Shown: positions 18,073 through 27,854 of the stretch, in pieces
Layout: each line of letters opens with the position of its first letter
How positions within the stretch are numbered: position 1 is the first letter of the stretch
From: an uncultured Gammaproteobacteria bacterium
GTDB taxonomy: Bacteria > Patescibacteriota > Microgenomatia > JALYQM01
Length of the DNA stretch: 64,000 nt
Assembly: GCA_964525495.1 (NCBI GenBank)
Contig: CAZGHS010000001.1
Location: forward strand, 10,863-74,862
Reading direction: 5' to 3'
Made by a program: the position numbers and the translations under genes
The notes under the pieces: model-generated
The model's database searches: none
What the model was told of the DNA's origin: nothing
What the model saw: the letters and a program-made list of their open reading frames with translations, nothing else

Positions 18073-19248
18073 ATGGTAAAAAACAAAGAGATCGACCCTA
18101 CTGTCTATTTACTTGTTATTGCGTTTACAATAATACTCAGTATTGCCGTAATTGCAATGTCTAAGTCAGATGTTCTATCAATACTAAAAAACAGCGTCTT
18201 CCCACCTCCATCACCGAGCCCCATCGCAATTATCGATACAGATACTACCTATCCTCTCGAACTCCGAGTACTAGGAATCGGATTAAATCCCAGCCAAAGC
18301 GGCAAAGATATAGCTACCACATATTTCTCCGATCGGATGAATAACTGGAGCGCAAGCTATACCGAAGACTATATTTTTGACACCACCGCAGAATCACTCA
18401 GAAAAGTCACACATAACACTATCAACCCAAGTATTATTAAGAAAATAGAGATCGACGAATTTCCTACATATAAAGAAGGATATTCCTTCACCGTAGCCAA
18501 CTACGATCAATGCGTTTTTGGCCAACCAGGCTTTTCCGCTTCACTCTGCGAAAACAAGAAAAAACAGTTCGATACCATCACCTGGCTCAAAACAAACCGA
18601 ATATGTGAACAGGCTAATGAAACCAACGCTGATCAGATCTGGTTAATTGCTCCACCATATATCACGACCTACGAAAGCTTCATGATCGGCCCTGACACCA
18701 CTTACCCAGTCAATGGAGCAGAATTCATAATGGAAGAATGCAACAAGAGCTATCTCGTAATAACAGGAACATACGAACGCCCAGAACCAATGCTTCATGT
18801 ACTTGGTCACATTGTCGAAGCAACTATGGCACACATCACCAAAGAATGGACGAGCGGTGATCGATACAAACACTGGGTATATTTCTCAGCAGTCACAAGA
18901 TACCAAACTCCATACAGCGGCGCTCTGAATACATTACAATGCGGCAATGCTCATTTTCCAGCCAACGCTTCCAAAGCATACGACTACTCCAACAAAAAAG
19001 TCATGAATGTAAACTGCAGTGACTGGGAAAACTTTCCAAACTATACTTATGAAGAGCAATCAATCGACTGTTCTGTGTGGAACTGCACCGAGATTGGCTG
19101 GCACGAATACTGGTTAAGCAGCTTACCTCATCGTCCTGGTTCATCTGGCATAAATTGGAAGGGCGGCGCACTCAAACCGTTCAAAAACAACTGGTGGTAT
19201 TACATCCTCTACCCTGAAAACACAATCGCAGTAGTCAAGCAAACATAA
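18073..19248 (+). CDS. Secreted/membrane-anchored Cys- and Trp-rich hypothetical protein
   Basis: N-terminal TM helix, then a roughly 350-aa domain with many Cys, Trp and N-x-S/T sites. No catalytic motif identified. Confidence 0.4.
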   Translation: MVKNKEIDPTVYLLVIAFTIILSIAVIAMSKSDVLSILKNSVFPPPSPSPIAIIDTDTTYPLELRVLGIGLNPSQSGKDIATTYFSDRMNNWSASYTEDYIFDTTAESLRKVTHNTINPSIIKKIEIDEFPTYKEGYSFTVANYDQCVFGQPGFSASLCENKKKQFDTITWLKTNRICEQANETNADQIWLIAPPYITTYESFMIGPDTTYPVNGAEFIMEECNKSYLVITGTYERPEPMLHVLGHIVEATMAHITKEWTSGDRYKHWVYFSAVTRYQTPYSGALNTLQCGNAHFPANASKAYDYSNKKVMNVNCSDWENFPNYTYEEQSIDCSVWNCTEIGWHEYWLSSLPHRPGSSGINWKGGALKPFKNNWWYYILYPENTIAVVKQT

Positions 19249-19288
19249 ATATTCCCTGATTCCGCTATTCAAGATATAATACACGCTT

Positions 19289-20320
19289 ATGAGTCCAGAC
19301 AAACTCCAACGCATTAGCGTCATAGTAAATGAGCATTCAGGCAGTGGAAATAATAATGAACTTATCAGACAAGCTACAGACGGCATGCCAAACGTCAGGC
19401 AGCACGATTTCCATACAGAATTCAAACCAAATAAAGACAACGTCAGAGCCCAAATATATTTAGAAAGCGACGTAATTCTCTCCGGATCAGGAGACGGTAC
19501 CTGCGGATACATCTGGACACAATCACTAAATAGGCAGCAAGAGCCGCGAGGTGAAATCGCCTACGGTCTATTACCTAACGGTGGAGAAAACGTACTTGCC
19601 CACTTCACAACAGGCAGACGCAGATATGACAGAAACAAAGTAAAAAACATAAGACAAATAATTCAAGAAATTAGTCAAGGAAATTACACAACCAAACAAA
19701 TAGAACCGGCGATTATCACAACTGATCAAAACGATAAAGCAGATATCTTCTGGCAATTTGGTGCAGGTGATGGCCAACTGATGGATATACTGCTAGGACA
19801 GGTCGAAGCATGGCGTCCTCGTGTGCAACAAAAACACTTACGCAAACTATTAGCCGGAGTTACTTCGGCAATACACCTCAACTATAGCCCACAACATCCA
19901 CTACATATTAAATTGGGGCAGACACAGTTAGAGGCATATGAAATAGCCCACGTAAGTAAGAACTTTCCGCAACTCGCTCACTGGGATATGCGAGGAACAG
20001 ACAATAGTTTCTTACTGTATGTAGCAGATCGGTATCACAAATTTCCTCGAATCCGAGGTGCTTTGGCAGCAATGGATGCAACAGCAATAAGCTTTCAAAA
20101 ACAACGACGCATGCCTATAAATCCACCATTTAAAACACTACTGTATCGAGAGTGGAACGACGCGCTCACCGTATATGCCGCTGAACGGCAAACAATTCTT
20201 ATACAAGACTCCGAAATTAAATCTGCGAATAAAGGTGAGATTGCACCGTGGAAACATGTTACATTCGATCCAGAGGCTTGCAACAAATCGCTTCGTATTC
20301 TGCAGATGAACCAAACTTAA
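19289..20320 (+). CDS. Diacylglycerol-kinase-catalytic-domain (DAGK_cat, YegS/BmrU-like) lipid kinase
   Basis: ISVIVNEHSGSGNNNE (N-terminal nucleotide-binding strand) and VILSGSGDGTCGY (GGDGT-like motif). 343 aa. Confidence 0.5.
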   Translation: MSPDKLQRISVIVNEHSGSGNNNELIRQATDGMPNVRQHDFHTEFKPNKDNVRAQIYLESDVILSGSGDGTCGYIWTQSLNRQQEPRGEIAYGLLPNGGENVLAHFTTGRRRYDRNKVKNIRQIIQEISQGNYTTKQIEPAIITTDQNDKADIFWQFGAGDGQLMDILLGQVEAWRPRVQQKHLRKLLAGVTSAIHLNYSPQHPLHIKLGQTQLEAYEIAHVSKNFPQLAHWDMRGTDNSFLLYVADRYHKFPRIRGALAAMDATAISFQKQRRMPINPPFKTLLYREWNDALTVYAAERQTILIQDSEIKSANKGEIAPWKHVTFDPEACNKSLRILQMNQT

Positions 20321-22371
20321 CGTGCGTACATACTTACAATTTGAGTCAACTTACGCTGCGGCATTCCAGCCTTCAGATACGGAACATGCGCTATGATAGT
20401 TAATTTTTCTTGAGATCGCGAAAAAGCGACTGTCAAAATCTTAAGCACTTCATCGCCCTTCATTTTTTTCTCATCAAGCATGATACTTGGCCGCTCTGGA
20501 GGAGCATCAGTCGTATCGAAAATTATCACTCGTTTTTCTCTTCCCTGAAATGTATGAATAGTCCCAATTTCTACACCAAATATTTTTAAATCTCGAAAAC
20601 GCTTCTTCAAAGCAGATACCTGTGCCCTATACGGACTAATAATCCCAATATCCTGAACATCATAGCTATAAAGTAAATCCTTAACATACTGCATTATCAC
20701 TTCAACATGCACCAGATTTAAACGAGAACTCCCACCACTTTTTTTCTGCTCCCGCTCACATATTGGATTAAATTCTTGTGTATTAATAACCACAACAGCA
20801 TCGCGAATGGTGTCATTCTTAGCATTCAAAATCATTCCCCGATAAAAATGTTTGCTCACCAGCTCAGACAATTGATACGGCATACGATACTGTGTATCCA
20901 AAAATGTCACATGATCCTGTCTATCCTGCCATCGATACAAATCATCAACGACCTCAGCTCCAGACGCGCACATAAAAATATCTCGTCCGAGCCACTTTTT
21001 CGTTTCGCTTGTCTCAACTTGTGCGATAGGTGGCAACTGTTGCGGATCTCCTGCCACAACTACATGAGACTTTGCGATACTTGAGGCAAGAGCTACCAAA
21101 GGCAAAGGAGCCATACTCGCCTCTTCAATTATTACCGCATCAAAACGCAGTTTCTTAAACACTTCATCAGTCGCGAGCTTTGCCAGCGTAGTAAATACCA
21201 CATATTTTTTAGCCAAATAATCTCCGGCATCAACTTTTTTCTCACGATCCAACATTTTCTTTATTACATCGACTCCACCCAATTTTTGAATCGACGCTTC
21301 TATCTCCTTCAATTCATGCTCGATCATTTCTTCCGAAGGAAACGATCCAACCATAGTGATAACATACTCATCAAGCTGAGTTACTTTATCAACAATCTTT
21401 TGCTGTTCATCCAGTAAAGCTTGCTTTGTGGTCTTGGCTTTCCGTATTTTCGTTTCAATCTTTTCAGCTTCCAGTATCAGATCCCTTTTTTCATTAAAAA
21501 TATACCTTGCCTCTTCCAAAGATTTCTTTCTATCCATCATAGTTTTTAATTGTGCTCGTTCGCTTTTATCTGACTGCTTCATCGCTGTCGATTGCTCAAA
21601 GAAACTAAATTCTCGCAGACGTATACCTTCAACAGCATTTAATAACGTCATAGTGTATCGAGTAGTAATCTGTTGCAAGTCCGCATTCGACATCCCCTGT
21701 TCTAATCCGATCTTCAAAAACGCAGCCAAAGCGTTATCCACGGCTCTGTTTGCATGCGATACTACCAGGACACGTTTTCCCTGAGACGCCAACGCATACA
21801 TTATCATGCTCAATGTTTTAGTTTTTCCCGTTCCCGGCGGTCCCCAGATAAAGGATACAGGAAAAGATAAAGCATTCTGTATTGCAGACAGTTGTGCCGG
21901 ATTTGGTGGTGTCAAAAAGTCAAAGTCGAGGGATTCTTGCTGAGTTGGTTTGAAATTACCACCATAAAACAATCCATCAGTTAATTCCAAAGAAAACTCT
22001 TTTGGCTTCTCTTCCAGATATTTCAATCGATCGATAATCTTCAGATACAACGCCGAAATATCCTCTTCCACTACAGCTTCGCCCACAGTCTCCCCAATAT
22101 TCTCACTCAAGATAAGCGTGACGTATTGCCCTTCAGTGGCCAATACAGATCCCGCTACTTCTTTTCCTTGGGTATACAGAGTGATAGGTGTATCTTCAAA
22201 AAGTCTGCGTTCTTCAGCAGTTTCAAACAAATAACGAAAATAATTATCCTCATTCGCTTTCATCATTCCGTTATACACACTGATCGATCGCCCGATCTTC
22301 CGCTCACGAATATAGGCAAGTTCTTGCTCAACAGCCGTGATCATTTCAGGCAAATCCTTTAAAATAGTCAT
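20317..22371 (-). CDS. Superfamily 1 helicase, Upf1/DNA2-like (AAA_11/AAA_12)
   Basis: Walker A GPPGTGKTKT, Walker B VIIEEASM, and the QYRMPYQL motif typical of Upf1-like helicases. Confidence 0.7.
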   Translation of the reverse strand: MTILKDLPEMITAVEQELAYIRERKIGRSISVYNGMMKANEDNYFRYLFETAEERRLFEDTPITLYTQGKEVAGSVLATEGQYVTLILSENIGETVGEAVVEEDISALYLKIIDRLKYLEEKPKEFSLELTDGLFYGGNFKPTQQESLDFDFLTPPNPAQLSAIQNALSFPVSFIWGPPGTGKTKTLSMIMYALASQGKRVLVVSHANRAVDNALAAFLKIGLEQGMSNADLQQITTRYTMTLLNAVEGIRLREFSFFEQSTAMKQSDKSERAQLKTMMDRKKSLEEARYIFNEKRDLILEAEKIETKIRKAKTTKQALLDEQQKIVDKVTQLDEYVITMVGSFPSEEMIEHELKEIEASIQKLGGVDVIKKMLDREKKVDAGDYLAKKYVVFTTLAKLATDEVFKKLRFDAVIIEEASMAPLPLVALASSIAKSHVVVAGDPQQLPPIAQVETSETKKWLGRDIFMCASGAEVVDDLYRWQDRQDHVTFLDTQYRMPYQLSELVSKHFYRGMILNAKNDTIRDAVVVINTQEFNPICEREQKKSGGSSRLNLVHVEVIMQYVKDLLYSYDVQDIGIISPYRAQVSALKKRFRDLKIFGVEIGTIHTFQGREKRVIIFDTTDAPPERPSIMLDEKKMKGDEVLKILTVAFSRSQEKLTIIAHVPYLKAGMPQRKLTQIVSMYAR

Positions 22372-22374
22372 AAA

Positions 22375-23097
22375 GTGAAGTTTACTTCAAATGATATAAT
22401 CAAAACAATGAACAATCCTCGAGATCTTCTTGAAAAAGCACTTCGTTTACAAGAATCTAACAAGCCAATTGAAGCATTAAACATAGAGAATCAAGCATTA
22501 CTAGAATTCGCTCAAGCAAGTGACACAGCAGGATTCGCAGAAGTTACTGTCTTAAGATCCAAGACACTCAAACATCTCTACCAACAATCAGACAATAAGA
22601 ATTATCTTATTCTCGCTCGTGCAGAAGCGCAGGGATCAGTGGAAATTGCTGAGAATTCATCAGATAAATATGCTTCCGCGATTCCATACTTTGTATTAGC
22701 CCAATTGCATGAAGCACTTGAAGAATATCCACCAGCAAAAATTGCCTATCAAAAATCTCTTGAATACCTTCCGCATGCACCTCAACCAAAACACAATAGA
22801 AAATCTGTTAAAGCAGACATTGAAGGACATTTAGCATTTTGTGAATTTAAATCTGGAGAGAAAGATGGTTTGCAAAAAGCACTATCCGCACTCATAGCAC
22901 TCGAAGCGTCTGACGACGCAGATTCTTACGAATATAATGTCTGGCTCACAGGCGCTCATATGAGAATAGCATCGATATACCATCAACTAAACAATCCTCA
23001 ACAAGCGCAAACACATGTAGACAAAACAAGAGAAATTATCAAAAGCGACGAGCGTCTTATCCTCCGTAAAAGCCAGCTAGAAAAAATGACAAATTAG
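22375..23097 (+). CDS. Hypothetical helical-repeat protein
   Basis: 240 aa, helical and TPR-like in composition. No catalytic motif. Confidence 0.35.
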   Translation: MKFTSNDIIKTMNNPRDLLEKALRLQESNKPIEALNIENQALLEFAQASDTAGFAEVTVLRSKTLKHLYQQSDNKNYLILARAEAQGSVEIAENSSDKYASAIPYFVLAQLHEALEEYPPAKIAYQKSLEYLPHAPQPKHNRKSVKADIEGHLAFCEFKSGEKDGLQKALSALIALEASDDADSYEYNVWLTGAHMRIASIYHQLNNPQQAQTHVDKTREIIKSDERLILRKSQLEKMTN

Positions 23098-23101
23098 AGA
23101 G

Positions 23102-23839
23102 CTACATAAACCCATTCTCAGCCAAACTCAAAAAAGAATTCTTCGCCACAATCACATGATCCACCACAGATATACCCATTATCACACCAGCATCAACCAA
23201 TCGCTTAGTGATCTCAATATCATCATCACTCGGATCACACACTCCAGACGGATGATTGTGTGAAACTATCACTTGCGCCGCATGTCGGCGTATCGCTGCT
23301 TCAAACGTCTCGCGTGGGTGAATAATATTCGCAGTCAAAATCCCCACCGCAATCACATCCATACCCAAGAATTTATTCCGCACATCGAAGGACAAAACCA
23401 CAAAATGTTCCTTAGATTCCTGAGAAATTTTAGATTTAACCAAGCGATACACATCCGACGGCTTCATCACTACTTCATTATCATCAAGTCGCACAGCGCT
23501 CACGCGCCTCACAATCTCTAAACACGCTTTCAACTGAGTCGACTTCGCAACACCCAAGCCCCGCATCTTCTGAAGATCCGCAATCGAAGCATTCAAAATA
23601 TTTTCTAGAGATCCAAAATGGGATAAAAGTTTCTGCGCTGTAACAAGCACCGATTCGCCCTGAATACCACGTCCTAACACCAATGCCAAAAGTTCCTGAG
23701 AAGACAAAGCCTCTGCACCATGCGCAATCATCCGTTCACGAGGTCGTTCGTTCTGGGGCAGATCACGTACAGTAAAACTAGAACTCATTTTTTCTTTGAA
23801 ATCAAAATTATACCGATCAAGATCAACGCAACCGGCCAA
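23102..23839 (-). CDS. radC: RadC-family JAB/MPN domain protein
   Basis: JAMM motif HNHPSG and an N-terminal HhH-like region. 245 aa. Confidence 0.75.
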   Translation of the reverse strand: MAGCVDLDRYNFDFKEKMSSSFTVRDLPQNERPRERMIAHGAEALSSQELLALVLGRGIQGESVLVTAQKLLSHFGSLENILNASIADLQKMRGLGVAKSTQLKACLEIVRRVSAVRLDDNEVVMKPSDVYRLVKSKISQESKEHFVVLSFDVRNKFLGMDVIAVGILTANIIHPRETFEAAIRRHAAQVIVSHNHPSGVCDPSDDDIEITKRLVDAGVIMGISVVDHVIVAKNSFLSLAENGFM

Positions 23840-24294
23840 AAATCTTCCATGTCAAAGAATCCAAATCCAATATTAGAATTTCGCAAAAGGAAAAATACAC
23901 CAAAGACAATCAGTATAAGTGCAAAGACTCCACCACTACTATTTGCCGGTCCTTGGCCCGTCACAGACTGTACAACCTTTGTTGCCTTCTCTTTCATATC
24001 TGTAACCACATCACCAAGTCTATCGGCTGATGCGGTATCTGCATCGGCTTCTTCAGGCATCACGATCCAAAGCAAAATATAAACCAAAATCCCAGATCCA
24101 CCCATTAACGTAAACAACACGAATGCGATACGAATAATACTTGGATCAATTTCAAAATACTCGGCAAGTCCAGCGCATACACCTGCAATCATTTCATTCT
24201 TTTCAGAACGATATAATCGCTTTTTAGGCACCTGTTTCTCTTCTGTTTCCATATATCCGCTCCTCCTAAAAAGAGTATATCCCCTATCAATCAT
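23785..24294 (-). CDS. PspC-domain membrane protein
   Basis: MIAGVCAGLAEYFEIDPSIIRIAFVLFTL is a PspC-domain signature. Two TM helices. Confidence 0.6.
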   Translation of the reverse strand: MIDRGYTLFRRSGYMETEEKQVPKKRLYRSEKNEMIAGVCAGLAEYFEIDPSIIRIAFVLFTLMGGSGILVYILLWIVMPEEADADTASADRLGDVVTDMKEKATKVVQSVTGQGPANSSGGVFALILIVFGVFFLLRNSNIGFGFFDMEDFWPVALILIGIILISKKK

Positions 24295-25113
24295 CTATAC
24301 AACAATATCCCCAACAGACAGCTCCAAGATTTTTGAAGCATTGGCACCTTGCACCGTGATTTCCAAGAATCGCTTATCCTCAATACCTGAGCTTCCGATC
24401 ATTACAGCTTTCTCTCGATCAGGCACATCCTTCAATCGAGCATAGCATCCGAGTTTTCCAATTTCAGTTTCAAGTGAAGAATCTGCTTTAAAGCCAACTT
24501 CTTCCGGCAATATCGTTGTCTTACAGTTTCCAAAATTATCTACAAACCACACAGCCAGTGGCGCATCAATTACTTCATCAACCGACATAACTTCGGCAGG
24601 CACTTCTCCACCCTGCACCAAATAAGCACCGACGCGAGGAGTGAAATCAAAACTACGGAACTGAGTAGTCTTCACATGCTCTGAGACTTCTTTACTGACC
24701 ACACCTTTTACAGCCAAATGATCCATTACTGTCGGCACATCCATGACATGAATCTCTTTAGCAACTCCAAGTTTCTTTACCAAAGACAAAGCCAAACCAT
24801 CAATCGAAGAAATAACCAACGTCTCCTTATACCAAAAATATCCAAACGGAGTTCCGTTAGGCCATTTCTTACCCTTTCCATGCCTATGAGCTACGTTAAC
24901 CAACACTACACCCTTCCGACCTTCAGCTGCATCAAGTACATCGATCAGACAACCTGCTGCTTCCAATTCAGCGCTCGTAAATTCTTCATTTATATTCAAT
25001 TCATGAGTCACACCAACAAAAGTAGGGTTAATACCCAAAAGTGAGGCTACTCGAGTACTCTGGCGACCTATTGCGTCATAATCCTGACAGTCGTTAATAA
25101 TTGTGCAAAACAT
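24295..25113 (-). CDS. DUF62 family protein (SAM hydroxide adenosyltransferase / fluorinase-chlorinase family)
   Basis: N-terminal TIINDCQDYDAIGRQSTRV and a C-terminal region with IGSSG...LEITVQGANAS match the two-domain DUF62 pattern. 272 aa. Confidence 0.55.
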   Translation of the reverse strand: MFCTIINDCQDYDAIGRQSTRVASLLGINPTFVGVTHELNINEEFTSAELEAAGCLIDVLDAAEGRKGVVLVNVAHRHGKGKKWPNGTPFGYFWYKETLVISSIDGLALSLVKKLGVAKEIHVMDVPTVMDHLAVKGVVSKEVSEHVKTTQFRSFDFTPRVGAYLVQGGEVPAEVMSVDEVIDAPLAVWFVDNFGNCKTTILPEEVGFKADSSLETEIGKLGCYARLKDVPDREKAVMIGSSGIEDKRFLEITVQGANASKILELSVGDIVV

Positions 25114-25255
25114 ATTTGCTCCTTTCTTATCTAAAACTAAAAAAGCCTCCCGATTACTCTGGAGGCTGCTATTTCTACATCAAATGATGTGATTAGGCAC
25201 CCCTCCTAGCCGGAAGGCTTCGCATACCCATCATGTTGTTTATAACTAACATAGG
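25114..25255 (-). promoter_or_regulatory. Promoter, roughly 130 nt structured leader and intrinsic terminator upstream of the DUF62-pspC-radC operon; candidate riboswitch or attenuator
   Basis: On the minus strand there is a -35 TTGCTT, a 17-nt spacer, a -10 TATTAT, and then a leader with P1-like AUGAUG/CAUCAU enclosing GGUAUGCGAAGCCUUCCGGCUAGGAGGGGUGCCUAAUCA. A hairpin AGCCUCC-AGAGUAAUCG-GGAGGCU plus a U6 run follows, 30 nt before the start codon. GGAGG in the leader can pair alternatively with CCUCC of the terminator. Confidence 0.45.
25137..25168 (-). terminator. Intrinsic terminator inside the leader (minus strand)
   Basis: agcctcc/ggaggct stem with a U-run downstream on the minus strand. 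It sits between the promoter and the start codon rather than after a gene. Confidence 0.55.
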
Positions 25256-25482
25256 CTCATAATACTACAACACCGCTACAAAAGCAAAATTCAAAGCAGG
25301 TTTGCAAAAAAGCCTATAGAATGATAACATGCGTCTTGTTTTCCTAATTGCAGCCAAATGCTGAGTTTTAAGAAAACATGAACCTTAACACGATTTGTGA
25401 TTCATTTTCCCTTACTTTATAGTCTCTTTAAGCCGATATAGTCATATCGTTTTCAAGGGGCTATAAAGTCAATCGCAACAAC

Positions 25483-25899
25483 ATGAAAGGGGCTGCCACA
25501 ATCATGGACGACACAGTCGAAACCTCACAGCAGGCAAGAGCAATCAAATTTGTACGTGAACGACTCAGTGAAGCGAGAAAAAAAGGAGTGTCTGTAGACG
25601 AACTAACTCAAACGGTCGGCACGCAATTTCCTGAGATCGTGGGCCGTAAATTCGGACCGGTCCTCGTCGGAGTTAGGGCACGAAAACATGAGGGCCGATA
25701 TTATCTCTCTGAGTACTTTCCCACCACGCCACCACCAGCCGAGCCTTCAGTCCGAAACTACGAACTACCCTCAATGTCAGTTACAGTAAAAGAAGGCAGA
25801 AAAAAGATCTACGAAGGGCCCGCCAGCAAGGTTACAATCTATCCGCCTGGACACAATAACAACAACACACCACCCACTCGGCGGCGCGGCAGCAAATAG
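25483..25899 (+). CDS. Hypothetical basic protein
   Basis: 138-aa ORF with no motif. The C-terminus is Pro/Arg rich. Confidence 0.35.
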   Translation: MKGAATIMDDTVETSQQARAIKFVRERLSEARKKGVSVDELTQTVGTQFPEIVGRKFGPVLVGVRARKHEGRYYLSEYFPTTPPPAEPSVRNYELPSMSVTVKEGRKKIYEGPASKVTIYPPGHNNNNTPPTRRRGSK

Positions 25900-26036
25900 G
25901 AACGCAAATCGTAATTCGTAGAAAAAAACACTACAGTCCGGTAATTCATTACTTGGAAGGTCGTGTCGAATAACTACGAATCGGGGGATATGCAATATAC
26001 TTAAAAAGTATAAAACATATCCCCTTAGATATATTG

Positions 26037-26110
26037 TCGGAGCGAGAAGACTTGAACTTCCAACCTCTTGCACCCCATGCAAGCGCGCTAGCCAATTGCG
26101 CCACGCCCCG
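26037..26110 (-). tRNA. tRNA-Pro (anticodon GGG)
   Basis: The reverse complement is CGGGGCGTGGCGCAATTGGCTAGCGCGCTTGCATGGGGTGCAAGAGGTTGGAAGTTCAAGTCTTCTCGCTCCGA. Acceptor 7 bp, D-arm GCGC/GCGC, anticodon loop ATGGGGT with G37, T-loop TTCAAGT. Confidence 0.8.
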
Positions 26111-26169
26111 ATTTCACACCATATTATACCATCCAAACACGCTTTCTTTAGTTCGACTGTGTTACTATT

Positions 26170-27105
26170 ATGAGTATGTCAATTCTAGAAAAAGCCACCG
26201 ATGCAAGACAAACAGAGCTTTGGTCGGTATTCATGCAAAAACTCGGCTGGACCGTAGAAGAGATCGATGGCTACTACGTATTCATCAGAAAAATCCCCTT
26301 ATTCAATCATGCACTTATCAAAATCCAACACAGCCGCGGAGTTCCACCACTCGATAAAATCGAAGAAATTGCCAAACGAAATAATGCCCTCTTTGTACTC
26401 ATAGAACCAACCTCTATTGGCTACACTGAAGACCTTTACAAAAAAAACGGCTATATGCGCTCCAAAATGAAAACTGCATATTCAGCGAACATTCTCATCG
26501 ACTTAGTAAAAACCGATCAAGAAATACTTGAATCATTCTCAGAAAACGCCCGTAGAAATATTAAAAAAGCTGAAAAAGCAGGCATCACCATTTCCGAAAA
26601 TTTAACAGACGACAACTCATACCAACACAAAGTAGATATGTTCTACGAACTTCACAAAATGGTCAGCGTCAAAAAAAAATTCTATATCCACCCCTACAGC
26701 GAATTCACTGCTAAAGCCGAAGCTTTTAAAGACAACGGCTTCTTTCTCTTTGCATTTCAAAAGGGCGAACAAAAACCCGTCGGAGCGATCTGGTTCGGGG
26801 AAAAAGACAAAACGGTATACTATATAAACACAGGCATGAACGAAGAAGGTTACGCCAAAAACGCCAATTATCTCCTACTCTGGGAAGGCATTAAAATTGC
26901 TAAACAAAAAGGATTAGAAGTACTAGATTTTGAAGGAATTTTCGACGAACGAAACAAACAAGAAAATAAAAAATGGAAAGGATTTACTGAGTTCAAAAAG
27001 AAATTCCATGGTGAAACAATCTACTACCCTCCTTCATGGATAAAAATTTATAATTTACCGTATAAAATTCTCTACATATGCGTCTCCTCGATCCTCCGAT
27101 CATAG
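26170..27105 (+). CDS. FemAB-family aminoacyl/peptidyl transferase (GNAT-like)
   Basis: C-terminal NYLLLWEGIKIAKQKGLEVLDFEGI resembles the conserved FemABX block. 311 aa. Confidence 0.5.
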   Translation: MSMSILEKATDARQTELWSVFMQKLGWTVEEIDGYYVFIRKIPLFNHALIKIQHSRGVPPLDKIEEIAKRNNALFVLIEPTSIGYTEDLYKKNGYMRSKMKTAYSANILIDLVKTDQEILESFSENARRNIKKAEKAGITISENLTDDNSYQHKVDMFYELHKMVSVKKKFYIHPYSEFTAKAEAFKDNGFFLFAFQKGEQKPVGAIWFGEKDKTVYYINTGMNEEGYAKNANYLLLWEGIKIAKQKGLEVLDFEGIFDERNKQENKKWKGFTEFKKKFHGETIYYPPSWIKIYNLPYKILYICVSSILRS

Positions 27106-27854
27106 TTGCCTATATAGTCTTCTTAGCTTTATGCATACTCTTCGTATACAAAACACGTATACCAATAGTCAAAAAGTATAAATCCGAACTAAACAAATTT
27201 ATTGACGTGCGCAAAAACAAACTTGGCGAACTATATATGACGCTCAACGGATATACACAAGGCATCGAGGTAAAAAAAGGCTTACAAAACACCGCTATAG
27301 ACAAGTCATACTGGTATTTCTGCGCTAACTCAATCACCGAATTTTGTAAAAATATTGAGAAACCTAAAGTTCTCCTCCTTGGACTCGGTGCCGGAACTGT
27401 CCCTCATATAATAAACAACGTGAATCCCAACATCGAAATGACAGTTGTCGAATACGATCCTGTAGTGATTCAAGTCTGCAAAGACTACTTTCGACTCAAT
27501 GATCTCACTAACACACATGTCATAAACGCAGACGCATTTGAGTTTGTTAAACAAATCCCAGATACACTTTACGACGCAGTACTCATAGATCTTTTTATCA
27601 GCGAAGCACCCTACCTCTCACCTCAGAGCCAAAGCTATAACTTTATCGCCGATGTAGACAAGCTCGTCAAGAAAGACGGTTGGTTTGTCTTAAATCGTCC
27701 TGCTAACGACGCATTCGCTAAAGCAGACCAGAAAAAATTCATGGAGCTTGTAAAGAAAATCTTCAAAGAATACAAAGAAAACGAAATTATTGACCCACGC
27801 AATTACTACAACTATATTATCGAGGCCAAATATTTTCAGCCCGGAATAACATAA
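27078..27854 (+). CDS. Membrane-anchored spermidine-synthase-like (PABS fold) methyltransferase-family protein
   Basis: N-terminal TM helix, then LLLGLGAGTVP...VVEYDPVVI...DAVLIDLF, which is the spermidine/spermine synthase pattern. Confidence 0.5.
   Translation: MRLLDPPIIVAYIVFLALCILFVYKTRIPIVKKYKSELNKFIDVRKNKLGELYMTLNGYTQGIEVKKGLQNTAIDKSYWYFCANSITEFCKNIEKPKVLLLGLGAGTVPHIINNVNPNIEMTVVEYDPVVIQVCKDYFRLNDLTNTHVINADAFEFVKQIPDTLYDAVLIDLFISEAPYLSPQSQSYNFIADVDKLVKKDGWFVLNRPANDAFAKADQKKFMELVKKIFKEYKENEIIDPRNYYNYIIEAKYFQPGIT

Noticed and set aside
25114-25255. Fluoride (crcB-motif) or SAM-I riboswitch upstream of the DUF62 gene
   Set aside because: Only loose resemblances were seen (AUGAUGG, GGUGCCUAAUC). 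The aptamer core is too short for an S-box and lacks the GGCGAUGG...CUGAUGAUNCCUAC fluoride consensus. It is kept as an unclassified leader.
25777-26357. Track ORFs 25777..26136 (-) and 26034..26357 (+)
   Set aside because: Both overlap a well-formed tRNA-Pro gene and its flanks. They are most likely spurious.
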